Program-made: the position numbers and the translations under genes
Notes under the pieces: model-generated
The model's database searches: none
The model's input: only the letters and a program-made list of their open reading frames with translations
Told to the model about the DNA's origin: nothing
Shown here: positions 51,862 to 61,492 of the stretch, piece after piece
How positions within the stretch are numbered: the stretch's first letter is position 1
Layout: each line of letters begins with the position of its first letter
IMG/VR virus record: IMGVR_UViG_3300048848_000129
Span: 4,996 to 68,995 of that record
Strand: one strand, 5' to 3'
Origin: a virus
Length of the DNA: 64,000 bases

Positions 51862-52024
51862 GCGGAGAACGCAGATAGGTGACGGCTGCATGGCGGGATC
51901 TCGCCTGGAGCGGTCCAGGCGCCGAGCGACGAGCCCCTATGACCCTGGTGCCCCCAGGCGAGGAAAGCGGCCCACGGGAGCGGTGAACGCAGCCCAGCCG
52001 TCGCCACCTACCTGCGCTCTCCGC
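51862..52024 (+). ncRNA. Candidate structured RNA in the PL leader
   Basis: 51862-51888 pairs with 51995-52024 (about 25 bp, imperfect), enclosing further hairpins. Confidence 0.45.
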
Positions 52025-52052
52025 GTCATCAACACGGCGACGGGAGAACCAC

Positions 52053-52310
52053 TTGGCGCGATACACAGACGACCTGCGGGCGGCGATGGCCATCCGCGGA
52101 CCCCAGGCCCGGCACGAGGCCCAGCAGCCGGCCGACGCTGACGGCTTCAGCGCCGCCGACCACTGCAGGGAGCTGAAGCGCTGCGTTGAGAACCTGTCCC
52201 GCGCGATTGATGCCGGCGTGCCCGGCTCGTCGCTTTTCGAGATCGGACAGGCCTCGGCGCGGCTGCAGGCCATTGCCGCCATCGAGACGGTACGGGAGAT
52301 GTACTGGTGA
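52053..52310 (+). CDS. Hypothetical early protein
   Basis: GGGAG RBS, TTG start; first ORF after PL. Confidence 0.6.
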   Translation: MARYTDDLRAAMAIRGPQARHEAQQPADADGFSAADHCRELKRCVENLSRAIDAGVPGSSLFEIGQASARLQAIAAIETVREMYW

Positions 52311-52615
52311 GCCGCCACGACTACCCGCGTATCGGCAGCACCCGAGCGCTGGGCAACGACAAGAAGCGCAAGGTCTGGAAGACCAACCCCAAGGCCGCGC
52401 CACGCTGCGTGGTCATCAGCTGCACCTGTCCCGCAACGACCCGTGTTGACGTGGAGGTCAATTGGTTCCGCGGCGACGACGAAGTGGGCCAGGCCTGCCC
52501 CACCCACAAGTCCGACGCCGCCGCTGTGCTGGCCGGCATCGAGGCGCGGCGGTCCGAGCAGGCGGCCAAGCGCGAGGCTGCAGAAGCGGCCAAGGCCCAA
52601 GGCGGTGCCGCATGA
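52307..52615 (+). CDS. Small Zn-finger-like protein
   Basis: CVVISC.C...VNWFRGDDEV..CPTH. Confidence 0.65.
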   Translation: MSRHDYPRIGSTRALGNDKKRKVWKTNPKAAPRCVVISCTCPATTRVDVEVNWFRGDDEVGQACPTHKSDAAAVLAGIEARRSEQAAKREAAEAAKAQGGAA

Positions 52616-52923
52616 ACACCACCACCCTCCTCCTGCGTCCGGCCGTGCCGCTGAGCGCAATCGCCGCGCAGTCCGATCGCAACCAGGCCGCCGCCAGGCA
52701 AGCCACAGTGCGCGCCGACATGGCCCGCAGCTTCGCCGAGCGCGGCCCGGTGCCCACCGCTGCAGCCGCCGTCTCCGAGCGCTACGGCCGCTTGGCCAGC
52801 CGCATGCGCGACATGCTGGAGCGCGCGGACAGCAGCCACGGCAACGACCGGGAAGCCGAACTGTGCGGCGACCTCGAAGACCTCGAGCGCCTGGTCGGTG
52901 AAGTGCTGCGAGGTGCGGCATGA
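52612..52923 (+). CDS. Hypothetical protein
   Basis: ATGA-coupled ORF. Confidence 0.55.
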   Translation: MNTTTLLLRPAVPLSAIAAQSDRNQAAARQATVRADMARSFAERGPVPTAAAAVSERYGRLASRMRDMLERADSSHGNDREAELCGDLEDLERLVGEVLRGAA

Positions 52924-53156
52924 ACGCGCGACCCATCCACTGGCTCATCGCCGCCGCCGTGGTGCTGGCGGTCAGCGCCTGCGCCGGCCGCGAGAGCTAC
53001 GACCCGGACGAGGCCCGCGCGCTGCAGAGCCGCGAGGAGGCCGTGCGCGACCGCGCTGCAGCCGACCTGTGTCGCTCCGAACTGGGCCCCGATGCGCTGT
53101 TCTTCTGGACGCCGGAAGGCCACCTGGTGTGCCGGCGCGGGAAGCCGCTGATATGA
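52920..53156 (+). CDS. Small lipoprotein-like protein
   Basis: Hydrophobic leader ending AVSAC. Confidence 0.6.
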   Translation: MNARPIHWLIAAAVVLAVSACAGRESYDPDEARALQSREEAVRDRAAADLCRSELGPDALFFWTPEGHLVCRRGKPLI

Positions 53157-53287
53157 GCCGCCGCGATGAACGCCTGACCGGCTGGCGCCTTGCCGGCTTC
53201 TGGATTGGCGCCGTCGGCGCCGGCTTCGCCCTTGTCACCGCCCTGGCCGCCGCCGCGGGTGCCCTGATCGCTTCCCTTCTGTACTGA
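53153..53287 (+). CDS. Small membrane protein
   Basis: 44 aa with a long hydrophobic C-terminus; ATGA-coupled. Confidence 0.5.
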   Translation: MSRRDERLTGWRLAGFWIGAVGAGFALVTALAAAAGALIASLLY

Positions 53288-53300
53288 CCACCACCACACC

Positions 53301-54464
53301 ATGAACGCACTGATCGAATCCCCATTCGCCGCTTCGGCTTCGGCCGACAGCGCCGCCGCCCTCCAGGTACAGGCCCGCGAGAACACCGAGGTCCTGGCCA
53401 TGGTCACGATGGCCAAGCGGTTCCCGCGCGACGTCGTGGCTTGCACGGACCGCATCCTCAACGCCTTCACGCGGGTGACGCTGGCCGAAACGGCCGCCTA
53501 CCAGTTCAGCCGCGGCGGCACCGACGTGAGCGGGCCCAGCATCCGCGCCGCCGAGGCGATCGCACAGGTCTGGGGCAACCTCAGTACCGGCTTCACCGAG
53601 CTGGAGCGCGGCGTGGGCCCCGATGGCATCCCGTTCAGCTGGGTCGAGGCCGCGGCCTGGGACCTCGAGTCGACGAACCGCGCCGCCCTGAAGTTCATCG
53701 TTCGGCACTGGCGCGACACCAAGCGCGGCGGCTACGTGATCAAGGAAGAGCGCGACATCTACGAACTGATCGCCAACCAGGCGCAGCGCCGCAAGCGCGC
53801 GTGCATCCTGGCCCTGGTGCCGGGCGACGTGGTCGAAGCCGCGATGAAGCAGGTCGAGGTCACGCTGAGCGCGAAAGCCGACACCTCCACCGAAGGCCTG
53901 GCCAAGCTGGTCGAGGCGTTCAAGCCGTTCGGCGTCACGCAGGGGCAGATCGAGAAGCGGATCCAGCGCCGCCTCGAAGCCATCCGGCCGGCCCAGGTGG
54001 TCGCGCTGAAGCGGATCTACGCCAGCCTGCGCGACGACATGAGCGAGCCTGCGGACTGGTTCGAATCGGAAGACCAGGACAGCGGCAAGCCGGCGGTCGA
54101 CATGCCGAAGGCGAAGGCCAAGGCGACCACGGCTGCAGATGTTGCTGACCCGGCGACGGGCGAGATCCAGCAGCCCGCCGCGACCGGCCAGGTCAGCGCC
54201 GCTGCGCAGCCAGCGGGAACAGCAGCACCGGCATCCGCAGCAGCGACCGCCACGCGCGCACCGCGGCCCGACGAGGACACCTCGGCCCAGGCCACGGACG
54301 GCGAGCGCCGCATGATCGTCAACCGGGCCCGCTCGAACGATCTGAACCTGGACGAACTGCTGCAGGAAGTCGGGCTCGAGCACCTGGTGGGCGTGGCCGA
54401 CCTGCAGGGCCTGACCAAGGACGGCTTCATTGCGTTGAAGGACGCCCTGCCGAAGGCCGCCTGA
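53301..54464 (+). CDS. Putative single-strand annealing (recombination) protein
   Basis: AKRFPRD..YQFSRGGT.VSGPSIRAAE..WGN..AWDLE; adjacent to an exonuclease. Confidence 0.65.
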   Translation: MNALIESPFAASASADSAAALQVQARENTEVLAMVTMAKRFPRDVVACTDRILNAFTRVTLAETAAYQFSRGGTDVSGPSIRAAEAIAQVWGNLSTGFTELERGVGPDGIPFSWVEAAAWDLESTNRAALKFIVRHWRDTKRGGYVIKEERDIYELIANQAQRRKRACILALVPGDVVEAAMKQVEVTLSAKADTSTEGLAKLVEAFKPFGVTQGQIEKRIQRRLEAIRPAQVVALKRIYASLRDDMSEPADWFESEDQDSGKPAVDMPKAKAKATTAADVADPATGEIQQPAATGQVSAAAQPAGTAAPASAAATATRAPRPDEDTSAQATDGERRMIVNRARSNDLNLDELLQEVGLEHLVGVADLQGLTKDGFIALKDALPKAA

Positions 54465-55078
54465 TGCTGACCTTCGACGAACGCACCCACACCTACCGCT
54501 ACGACGGCAAGGTGGTGCCCAGCGTGACGCAGATCCTGCAGCCGCTCAGCGACTACAGCCAGGTCCCGGCTGCAACGTTGTCGGCGGCCGCGGCCTTCGG
54601 CACCGCAGTGCACAAGGCCTGCGAGCTGGACGACCTCGGCGACCTCGACGAAGAGACGCTGTCGCCGGCCCTGGCGCCGTACCTCGACGGCTGGCGTGCG
54701 TTCTGTCGGGACTACGGCGCGCGCTGGAACCGCGTCGAGCAGCAGGTCTACCACCAGACCATGCGCTACGCCGGCACGGTCGACCGCACCGGACTCATCC
54801 GATTCGAAGGTCACGACTACGAGGCCGTCGTGGACCTGAAGTCCGGCGCCGACCTCTACCCCGCGGTCGGCCCGCAGCTGGCGGCCTACGAGCGCGCGAT
54901 CGGCGGCAACTCGCCGCTGGTCAAGCGCTTGGGCGTCCGCCTCAAAAACGACGGCACCTATGTGGCCCGGTTCTACCGCGACCCCATGGACTGGGCCGTC
55001 TTCGCCTCGCTCATCACCCTGCGCACGTTCTGCGCTCAACACGCCATCCAACCTTTCAAGGAGCTTTCCCATGTCTGA
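54464..55078 (+). CDS. PD-(D/E)XK exonuclease
   Basis: H.Y..PSVTQIL; GTAVH; YAGTVDR; VDLKSG; QLAAY. Confidence 0.85.
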   Translation: MLTFDERTHTYRYDGKVVPSVTQILQPLSDYSQVPAATLSAAAAFGTAVHKACELDDLGDLDEETLSPALAPYLDGWRAFCRDYGARWNRVEQQVYHQTMRYAGTVDRTGLIRFEGHDYEAVVDLKSGADLYPAVGPQLAAYERAIGGNSPLVKRLGVRLKNDGTYVARFYRDPMDWAVFASLITLRTFCAQHAIQPFKELSHV

Positions 55079-55916
55079 AGTACTCGACGCCGTCAACGCA
55101 AAGGGCCAAGTCGCCTACGACGCAAGCAACGCCGTGGTGTTCGCACAGCGTGCCCAGCGCGCACTGGCCAATGCCAAGGACTTCACCGTCGACAGCCAGG
55201 AGCTGCTGGATGCCGCTGGCGACGATCTGCGCGCCGTCAAGACGCTGGCCGCGCAGGTTGAGGAGCAGCGCACCTCGATCACGGTCCCACTGAACACCGC
55301 GCTCAAGGCCGTGAACGACCTGTTCCGCCCCGCGAAGACCTATCTCGACGAGGCCGAGCGCGTGCTGAAGGGCGCCATGGTCACCTACACCGACGAGCAG
55401 GCCCGGATCGCCCGCGAGGCCCGCCAGCGCGCAGAGGAAGAAGCCCGCAAGGAGCGTGAGCGCCTGGACGCCGAACGCCGCGAGCAAGAACGCCTGGCGC
55501 GCGTAGCCGCCGAGCAGGCCGCAGCTGCGCAGCGCGAAGCAGCAGAGGCCACGGCGCGCGGCGACGCAGCTGCCGCCGCCGCCGCTGAAGAAGCGCAGCG
55601 CAAGGCCTCCGCTGCCGCTGCTGCTGCCGAAGCTCAGGCCCAGGCCGCCGAGGTCACGGCCGCCGTCGTGGCCGTGCCACCGGCCGCCGAGCCCGCCCGC
55701 AAGGTCGCCGGCATCAGCACCAGCAAAACCGTGGACTTCGAGGTCAACGACCTGCACGCGCTGGTGAAGCACATCGCCGAGCACCCCGAGCTGCTGACCC
55801 TTGTCACAGCCGACGCCGTGAAGCTGCGCGCCTACGTGCGCAGCATGGGCCTGAACACGAAGCTGCCGGGCGTGCGCGTGTTCGACAAGACCGTCATGGC
55901 CGCTCGCGGCCGCTGA
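55071..55916 (+). CDS. Coiled-coil protein (Gp157/Gam-like)
   Basis: EEQRTSITVPL..VNDLF; Ala/Glu/Arg-rich coil; C-terminal LPGVRVF. Confidence 0.6.
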   Translation: MSEVLDAVNAKGQVAYDASNAVVFAQRAQRALANAKDFTVDSQELLDAAGDDLRAVKTLAAQVEEQRTSITVPLNTALKAVNDLFRPAKTYLDEAERVLKGAMVTYTDEQARIAREARQRAEEEARKERERLDAERREQERLARVAAEQAAAAQREAAEATARGDAAAAAAAEEAQRKASAAAAAAEAQAQAAEVTAAVVAVPPAAEPARKVAGISTSKTVDFEVNDLHALVKHIAEHPELLTLVTADAVKLRAYVRSMGLNTKLPGVRVFDKTVMAARGR

Positions 55917-55933
55917 ACCGAACCCCACAGGAG

Positions 55934-56251
55934 ATGACCATGAAGAAGACCTTCCCAGCCCCCGCCGACTTCAACGACCCCAAGGAATACGTCGCCATCC
56001 CGATGGTGCCGGTCGAGTCCAACCAGGTCGCCTGCATCGGCTACGACGCCGGCACCAAGACGCTGGCCTGCCAGTTCACACGCGGCCCTGGCCACATCTA
56101 CCACTACCCGGGCGTGTCGCCGGAGACGCACGAGGCTTTCATGAAGGCCGAGTCCATCGGCAAGTTCTTCGGCCAGCACATCAAGCCGCTGCCGTTCAAG
56201 AAGTTCGAGAACCTGGCCACCGACAGCACGCCTGCAGGAGCGGCCGCCTGA
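55934..56251 (+). CDS. KTSC-domain protein
   Basis: VESNQVACIGYD..Y.YPGV..FMKAESIGKFF..IK. Confidence 0.88.
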   Translation: MTMKKTFPAPADFNDPKEYVAIPMVPVESNQVACIGYDAGTKTLACQFTRGPGHIYHYPGVSPETHEAFMKAESIGKFFGQHIKPLPFKKFENLATDSTPAGAAA

Positions 56252-56676
56252 TGAACTCGATCGCCAGCACCATCGCCACCAGCGGCCGCAGCCGCAACGC
56301 GCACCGCCCGTTCGGGGCCGCCAGCACCAGCACCACCGAGTTCGACCCGGCCGAACTCGTGATCAACAACGACCCCTTGCCGACGAAGCGCGCGCTGCCC
56401 AACAAATACGCCGCCCGCTTCGCTGAGCTGGAGATGGGCCAGGCCATGGCGGTGCCGCCGAACCACGTTGCCAAGGTCAGCGCTGCGCTGCGCAACTGGA
56501 TCACGGCCAAAGGCATGAAGGGCAAGGCGCACGTCCGGTCGGTGACCGAGTACCCGGAGTGCAAGAAGGGCTGGGGCCGCGTCTGGCTGAAGGAAGGCCC
56601 GCAGTCGGCGCCGCACGTGGCCAAGGCCGGCAAGGGCCGCACCGCGGCGAACGACCAGCAGCAGGCCGCCGCATGA
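56251..56676 (+). CDS. Hypothetical protein
   Basis: DPLP.KR..NKY..F..LEMGQ..RVW; coupled. Confidence 0.6.
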   Translation: MNSIASTIATSGRSRNAHRPFGAASTSTTEFDPAELVINNDPLPTKRALPNKYAARFAELEMGQAMAVPPNHVAKVSAALRNWITAKGMKGKAHVRSVTEYPECKKGWGRVWLKEGPQSAPHVAKAGKGRTAANDQQQAAA

Positions 56677-58463
56677 TCGATACCGAGATCCGCGTCTTCC
56701 ACATGTTCGGCGCGATCGGGGGCGGCGCCAAGGGCTTCAAGCGCGCGCGCCCCTGCATCGGCACGCGCAGCGCGCACTACCGTTGCCTGGGCAGCGTCGA
56801 CGTCGACGCCGCGGCGAACCGCGACTTCGCCCGCTTGGTCGGCGTGCCGGCCACGACGCTGGACCTGGCCGACCGTGAGCAGTACCGGGCGATCCACGGG
56901 CGCGAGCCTGGCGCCAACTGGCACGAGGCCACGCCGGCCGACATCCAACGCGCGGCCGGCGGCGAGCGGCCGCACGTGGTGTTCCTGTCGGCACCGTGCA
57001 AGGGCTTCAGCGGCCTGCTGTCCGAGGGCAAGTCCAAAACCGACAAGTACCAGGCACTGAACAAGCTCACGCTGCGCGGCATCTGGCTGATGCTGGAGGC
57101 CTGGAAAGGCGACCCGCCCGAGTTCATCCTGTTCGAGAACGTGCCGCGCATCGCCACACGCGGCCGCCACCTGCTGGACCAGATCAGCGGCCTGCTGCGC
57201 GCCTACGGCTACGCGGTGGCCGAGACGGTGCACGACTGCGGCAAGCTGGGCAACCTGGCGCAGAGCCGCAAGCGCTTCCTGCTGGTGGCACGGCACGCCG
57301 AGAAGGTGCCGCCGTTCCTGTACCAGCCGGACAGCCGCCCGCTGCGCGCTGTCGGCGAGGTGCTGAGCCGCATGCCGCTGCCGGGCGACGAGCGCGCCGG
57401 CCCCATGCATCGCGTGCCGGCGCTGCAGTGGAAGACCTGGGTGCGCCTGGCGTTCGTGGAGGCCGGCAGCGACTGGCGCAGCCTGAACAAGCTGGCGATC
57501 GAGGATGGCCACCTGCGGGACTTCCTGATCGTGCCGGAGCTGCACCGCACCGTGCTGGGCGTCAACGACTGGGCCAAGTCCATGGGCACGGTGGCCGGCA
57601 GCAACCTGCCGACCAACGGCGCCTATTCGGTGGCGGACCCGCGCTTCGAACAGAGCGCGAAATGGAGCGATGGTCAGGCCTACGGCGTGCGGCGCTGGGG
57701 CGACACCAGCGGCGCGATCGCCGGCCAGCAGAACCCTGGCCAAGGTGCGTACTGCGTGGCCGACCCACGCCATGACGGGCCGCCGAAGCACTCGAACGAG
57801 TTCCGCGTGGTGCGTTGGGATGAGGCCGGGCGCTGCGTCACCGGCGCGCATGGCTCTGCGCAGTGCGTTGCGGATCCACGCGGGCCACAAGACGGTCGGC
57901 TGTTCAGCAAGTACCACTGCGCCGACTGGAACGGCAGCAGCCGCACGGTCATCAGTGGCGACAACAACGGCGCCTATGCCGTGGCGGATCCGCGCGCCGG
58001 CCTGGCCGCGGACCGCACCGCATACCTGACCGGCGGCCACTATGGCGTGGTGCCCTGGAGCGGCACGGCCGGCGCCGTCAGCAGTTCGGCCTGCCACGAC
58101 AGCGGCCGCTGGAGCGTTGCGGACCCGCGACCCATGCCTGCGCAGGCCGACCGCATGGTGGCGCGCATCCTGGCCCTGGACGGCACTTGGCATCGGCCGA
58201 TCACCACGCTGGAGCTGGCAGCGCTGCAGTCGCTGGTCGACCCAGAAGACACCTGGGTGCCGTGGCAGCTCGACGGCGAGAGCGACCAGGCCTGGCGCGA
58301 GCGCATCGGAAACGCCGTTCCGCCCGACGCGGCCCAGGCCGTGGCTGAAGTCATCGGCGAGACGCTGCTGCTGGCCTGGAGCGGTGAGACCTTCCTGCTG
58401 TCAGCGCGGCCGATCTGGGTGCGGCCGCTGGTGGCGGCGATCAGCGTGGCGGGGACCTCATGA
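56673..58463 (+). CDS. DNA (cytosine-5)-methyltransferase, orphan
   Basis: F.AIGG (I), SAPCKGFS (IV), FENVP (VI), QSRKR (VIII), IGNAVPP (X); five VADPR repeats. Confidence 0.92.
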   Translation: MIDTEIRVFHMFGAIGGGAKGFKRARPCIGTRSAHYRCLGSVDVDAAANRDFARLVGVPATTLDLADREQYRAIHGREPGANWHEATPADIQRAAGGERPHVVFLSAPCKGFSGLLSEGKSKTDKYQALNKLTLRGIWLMLEAWKGDPPEFILFENVPRIATRGRHLLDQISGLLRAYGYAVAETVHDCGKLGNLAQSRKRFLLVARHAEKVPPFLYQPDSRPLRAVGEVLSRMPLPGDERAGPMHRVPALQWKTWVRLAFVEAGSDWRSLNKLAIEDGHLRDFLIVPELHRTVLGVNDWAKSMGTVAGSNLPTNGAYSVADPRFEQSAKWSDGQAYGVRRWGDTSGAIAGQQNPGQGAYCVADPRHDGPPKHSNEFRVVRWDEAGRCVTGAHGSAQCVADPRGPQDGRLFSKYHCADWNGSSRTVISGDNNGAYAVADPRAGLAADRTAYLTGGHYGVVPWSGTAGAVSSSACHDSGRWSVADPRPMPAQADRMVARILALDGTWHRPITTLELAALQSLVDPEDTWVPWQLDGESDQAWRERIGNAVPPDAAQAVAEVIGETLLLAWSGETFLLSARPIWVRPLVAAISVAGTS

Positions 58464-58465
58464 AG

Positions 58466-58738
58466 CTACTGGCTCACCCACCGGTCGATCGCAGACCACG
58501 CTCGGTCGAAGGCCGCGCTCTCATCATCCGCGTACAGCGGTTCCACGCCCAGTCTGGTCTGTTGCCCCTGGTCATTGACCCAATAGGCGTGCGCGGCGAA
58601 GGCGTCCGCGCTCGCCGAGTAGGCGACGGCGACCTCAAAGCGGCTGCCGTGGTGCGAGCCAACCTGAACGCGGCGCTGGGGCACTCGAGGGTTGTCGGCG
58701 TGCTTGATGCCGAACTTGGAAACGAGGCTCTGGACCAT
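58466..58738 (-). CDS. Antisense cassette 1, small beta-rich protein (family C)
   Basis: AAAGGAG RBS; 90 aa ending AAFDRAWSAIDRW. Confidence 0.65.
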   Translation of the reverse strand: MVQSLVSKFGIKHADNPRVPQRRVQVGSHHGSRFEVAVAYSASADAFAAHAYWVNDQGQQTRLGVEPLYADDESAAFDRAWSAIDRWVSQ

Positions 58739-58878
58739 GGGCGTTGCTCCTTTCTGGAGCTGCAAGTATCTGCGGTGCGGCAGGCAAATCCACTGCGAGA
58801 CAATTTCGCTGGAGCGGTGCCATGACACCCGTCAGATTTGCGATCGTCGGCAGGATCGCACCCGAGGAGCGGCTTGGG

Positions 58879-59148
58879 TCAGTCGGATTGAGAGCGTCGC
58901 TCGTCGACATCTTCTCGCTGGACAAAGGGGCTGAGATGGCCTCTGGCGCGCAAGCCAAGCGCCGCTGCGTGGACAGGGCGCCAACAGCGCCGATAGGCTG
59001 CGATCGCTTGCTCCTGACCGTAGACCGCCTCCCCCAGAAGTACGGCAAGGGCATCCAGCGCGACTGCCCCGATGTGGACGTCGGCATCAACAACGTACTC
59101 GAAGACCACTCGGCGAGGTGTCATTCGGTATTGCGCTTGGAAGTCCAT
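58879..59148 (-). CDS. Antisense cassette 1, family A protein (DUF1488-like)
   Basis: MDFQAQY..RRVVF..ALA..AAY..WR.VHAAALGLRA.G, shared with 61493-61747. Confidence 0.7.
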   Translation of the reverse strand: MDFQAQYRMTPRRVVFEYVVDADVHIGAVALDALAVLLGEAVYGQEQAIAAYRRCWRPVHAAALGLRARGHLSPFVQREDVDERRSQSD

Positions 59149-59441
59149 GCCGCATTCTCCACACGTCGCGTGACCTCCTGCACGACGCGGGTACCCGTGC
59201 GTAGGCAGTGGCATTGGCGCTTTCCCAGCCCAAGCCTTGCTGCCTGCTCGATCAGCTCGCGAGCGTCCCTGCGCACACGATGCGCCTGCTCGGAAACCCA
59301 TCCGGCAGTCCATGCCACATCGGCAAGCTTCGCGGTCACGCTTGCATGCTGGGCGGTAGCGTATGGATTTGAGCTGAGCGGTTCGTCCCGCTGGAACGCC
59401 AAGCGCCCTTGTCGAGTGATTTCATCGACGTCCAAGTACAT
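59121..59441 (-). CDS. Antisense cassette 1, family B protein (RMF/CrpP-like motif)
   Basis: GRLAF..PLSSNPY..WTAGW. Confidence 0.6.
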   Translation of the reverse strand: MYLDVDEITRQGRLAFQRDEPLSSNPYATAQHASVTAKLADVAWTAGWVSEQAHRVRRDARELIEQAARLGLGKRQCHCLRTGTRVVQEVTRRVENAAWTSKRNTE

Positions 59442-59484
59442 GCCGCCCGCCGGCAATTCACATGCCGTCGGGCGGCCCGCTACT

Positions 59485-59589
59485 TCACATGACGTCTTCG
59501 CGCTGGACAAACGGAGGCTCTTGATCCGCAGATCGCGTCGCATGCCCTGCCGCGTGCTCGTCACGCCAGCTGGTCGCTTCCAGGCGCAT
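59485..59589 (-). pseudogene. Truncated family A remnant
   Basis: SWRDEHAA..PFVQREDV resembles the C-terminus of 58879-59148. Confidence 0.5.
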
Positions 59590-59609
59590 GTCGACCGGGA
59601 GATCCAGCG

Positions 59610-59828
59610 ATGACCACCGCACGCTTCGCTGGCGGCGCGATCGCCAAGCTGCGCGGCCAGATCCACGCCGCCCACTGCAAGCCCGACCAGTTCGCGCCCG
59701 CGCAGACCGAGCGCGGCACGCTGCGCTGCCCCAAGTGCGGCAGCAGCACGCCATACACCTTCAGCCCGAGTGGAGCGATGCAGGCCCGCTGCAGCGCCGC
59801 GGGCTGCCCCGTCCGCTTCACCCAGTAG
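59610..59828 (+). CDS. Small Zn-ribbon protein
   Basis: GTLRCPKCGS...ARCSAAGC. Confidence 0.65.
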   Translation: MTTARFAGGAIAKLRGQIHAAHCKPDQFAPAQTERGTLRCPKCGSSTPYTFSPSGAMQARCSAAGCPVRFTQ

Positions 59829-59841
59829 AAGGAATCCAAGA

Positions 59842-60402
59842 ATGCCAAAGCGCAGCCATGGGATGAGCAAGTCCCCCGAGTTCGCCAGTTGGGAGGCCAT
59901 GATCACACGCTGCTACAACCAGCGGGCGACGTCATACCCCAACTACGGTGCGCGGGGTATCACCGTCTGCGACGAATGGCGCGCCTCGTTCGCGACGTTC
60001 TTCGCCGACATGGGGCCGCGCCCCACCCGCGCGCATTCGATTGACCGCATCGACAACGAGCGCGGCTACACCCCTTCCAACTGCCGGTGGGCTACGCCAG
60101 CTGAGCAATCGCGCAACAAGCGCAACACCGTGCGAGCGCCTGGCTACGAGGTCTCCACCGTCAAGGAGCTGGCCGACAAGGCCGGGATCACCGAGCACGG
60201 AATGTGGCAGCGCATCAAGAGCGGCAAGTCCCCCGACATGCTGCGGCCATCGCTGCGGCGCGGCAGCATCTCGCACAACGGCACGACCGACACCATCCGC
60301 GGCTGGGCCAAGAGGACGGGAATCAACTACTCGACCATCACAAAACGCCTGCAGGCCGGCTGGTCGGTCGAACGAGCACTGACTGGAGTCGCACCATGCT
60401 GA
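59842..60402 (+). CDS. HNH-like homing-endonuclease-family protein (same family as the nested gene)
   Basis: HGMS..W..M..RC..YGARGITVCDEW..SIDRIDN..YTPSNCRWAT..Q.RN. Confidence 0.85.
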   Translation: MPKRSHGMSKSPEFASWEAMITRCYNQRATSYPNYGARGITVCDEWRASFATFFADMGPRPTRAHSIDRIDNERGYTPSNCRWATPAEQSRNKRNTVRAPGYEVSTVKELADKAGITEHGMWQRIKSGKSPDMLRPSLRRGSISHNGTTDTIRGWAKRTGINYSTITKRLQAGWSVERALTGVAPC

Positions 60403-60734
60403 AGATCGGCACCTTCCAATCGGCCCGCTGGGGCACAGTCGCAGCCTTGCGCGGCAGCTACGGCGGCCCGAAGGGCCCGCTCGCCATCGTCCTGCAGACC
60501 GAGAGCGGCGAACCGCTGGCCACGCTGAGCGTGAACATGTACCGACCCGAGTGCTCGCACGACAGCCGCGACCTGCCAGCCGGCTGCTTCTACGTCAAGG
60601 ACTACGGTGGCCACGAGGAGCTGGCGGCCGAGGCGCTGAGCAGCGGCCTGTTCAAGGCGCGCCCGGACCTGCGGGAGGCCAGCAGCGGCTTCGTGTCCGT
60701 GCCGGCCTGGGAACTCGCGGGAGCCTTCGCATGA
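60396..60734 (+). CDS. Hypothetical protein (DUF4313-like)
   Basis: GEPLATLSVN..FYVKDY..SGFVSVP.W. Confidence 0.65.
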   Translation: MLKIGTFQSARWGTVAALRGSYGGPKGPLAIVLQTESGEPLATLSVNMYRPECSHDSRDLPAGCFYVKDYGGHEELAAEALSSGLFKARPDLREASSGFVSVPAWELAGAFA

Positions 60735-60832
60735 CAGCGTGCCGCGAAGCCCGGACCACCTCGCACAACTCGCGGCCTCGTGACAAAGAGACGCCCATGG
60801 TCGACGGGCGACGATCCCGCCGCGCTCAGCGC

Positions 60833-61075
60833 CTACGAGCCGTCCAGCTCTCGATCGATCTTCTGCCTTGCCAGGGCAATACCGTGGCTCAAAGCCGCCT
60901 CTCGCGACTCGAACGCTTCGCTCGAGTCGCACCGAAAGGATTCCCTCGACTCATCTGGTGGACCGACAACGCAATTGCAGCGGAAGCCGCCCCGCGCGCT
61001 CACAACTGGAGTCGCAACGATGTGGAAACCCCGGTGAAGCTCGCTGATCTGATGCGGTTCGATTCGGTCGGGCAT
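60833..61075 (-). CDS. Antisense cassette 2, small beta-rich protein (family C-like)
   Basis: HRGFHI..FESREAALSHGIALARQKID. Confidence 0.6.
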   Translation of the reverse strand: MPDRIEPHQISELHRGFHIVATPVVSARGGFRCNCVVGPPDESRESFRCDSSEAFESREAALSHGIALARQKIDRELDGS

Positions 61076-61191
61076 GAAGATGCTCTGAAGTGGAGCGTCA
61101 TCGTACCGCCCGCGGAAATGGCACATGCGCCAATGGCGCCGGCCCACTGGAAAGCCTTGATCCCTCACTTACCGGCAGTTCTTACCGGGTG

Positions 61192-61404
61192 CTATCGGGG
61201 AGGCGGACGTTCCAGTATTTCGCGAAGCATCTCTGACCGCCGCACGATTTCTCGCAACTCTGCCGAGAGCCACCCAGCATTCCAGTCGTGGCGACACGAG
61301 GTGACGCCGGGGGCCGCAGTGCGATACGGGTTGCCATTGAGCGGAACTGAAGCGTGGTACGCGCGTTCGCCTTCTTCGGTTGCACTGGGCGGCCCGGAGT
61401 CCAT
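61192..61404 (-). CDS. Antisense cassette 2, family B protein
   Basis: GERAY..PLNGNPY..WNAGW. Confidence 0.6.
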   Translation of the reverse strand: MDSGPPSATEEGERAYHASVPLNGNPYRTAAPGVTSCRHDWNAGWLSAELREIVRRSEMLREILERPPPR

Positions 61405-61492
61405 AGGCCCGTCGGCGCAATTTTCGTTCCCGGCCCTTGCCTCTGGAAGGCCCATGCCAAGTCGCAGCCTTGATCGCGCTTCCGATAGGGCG

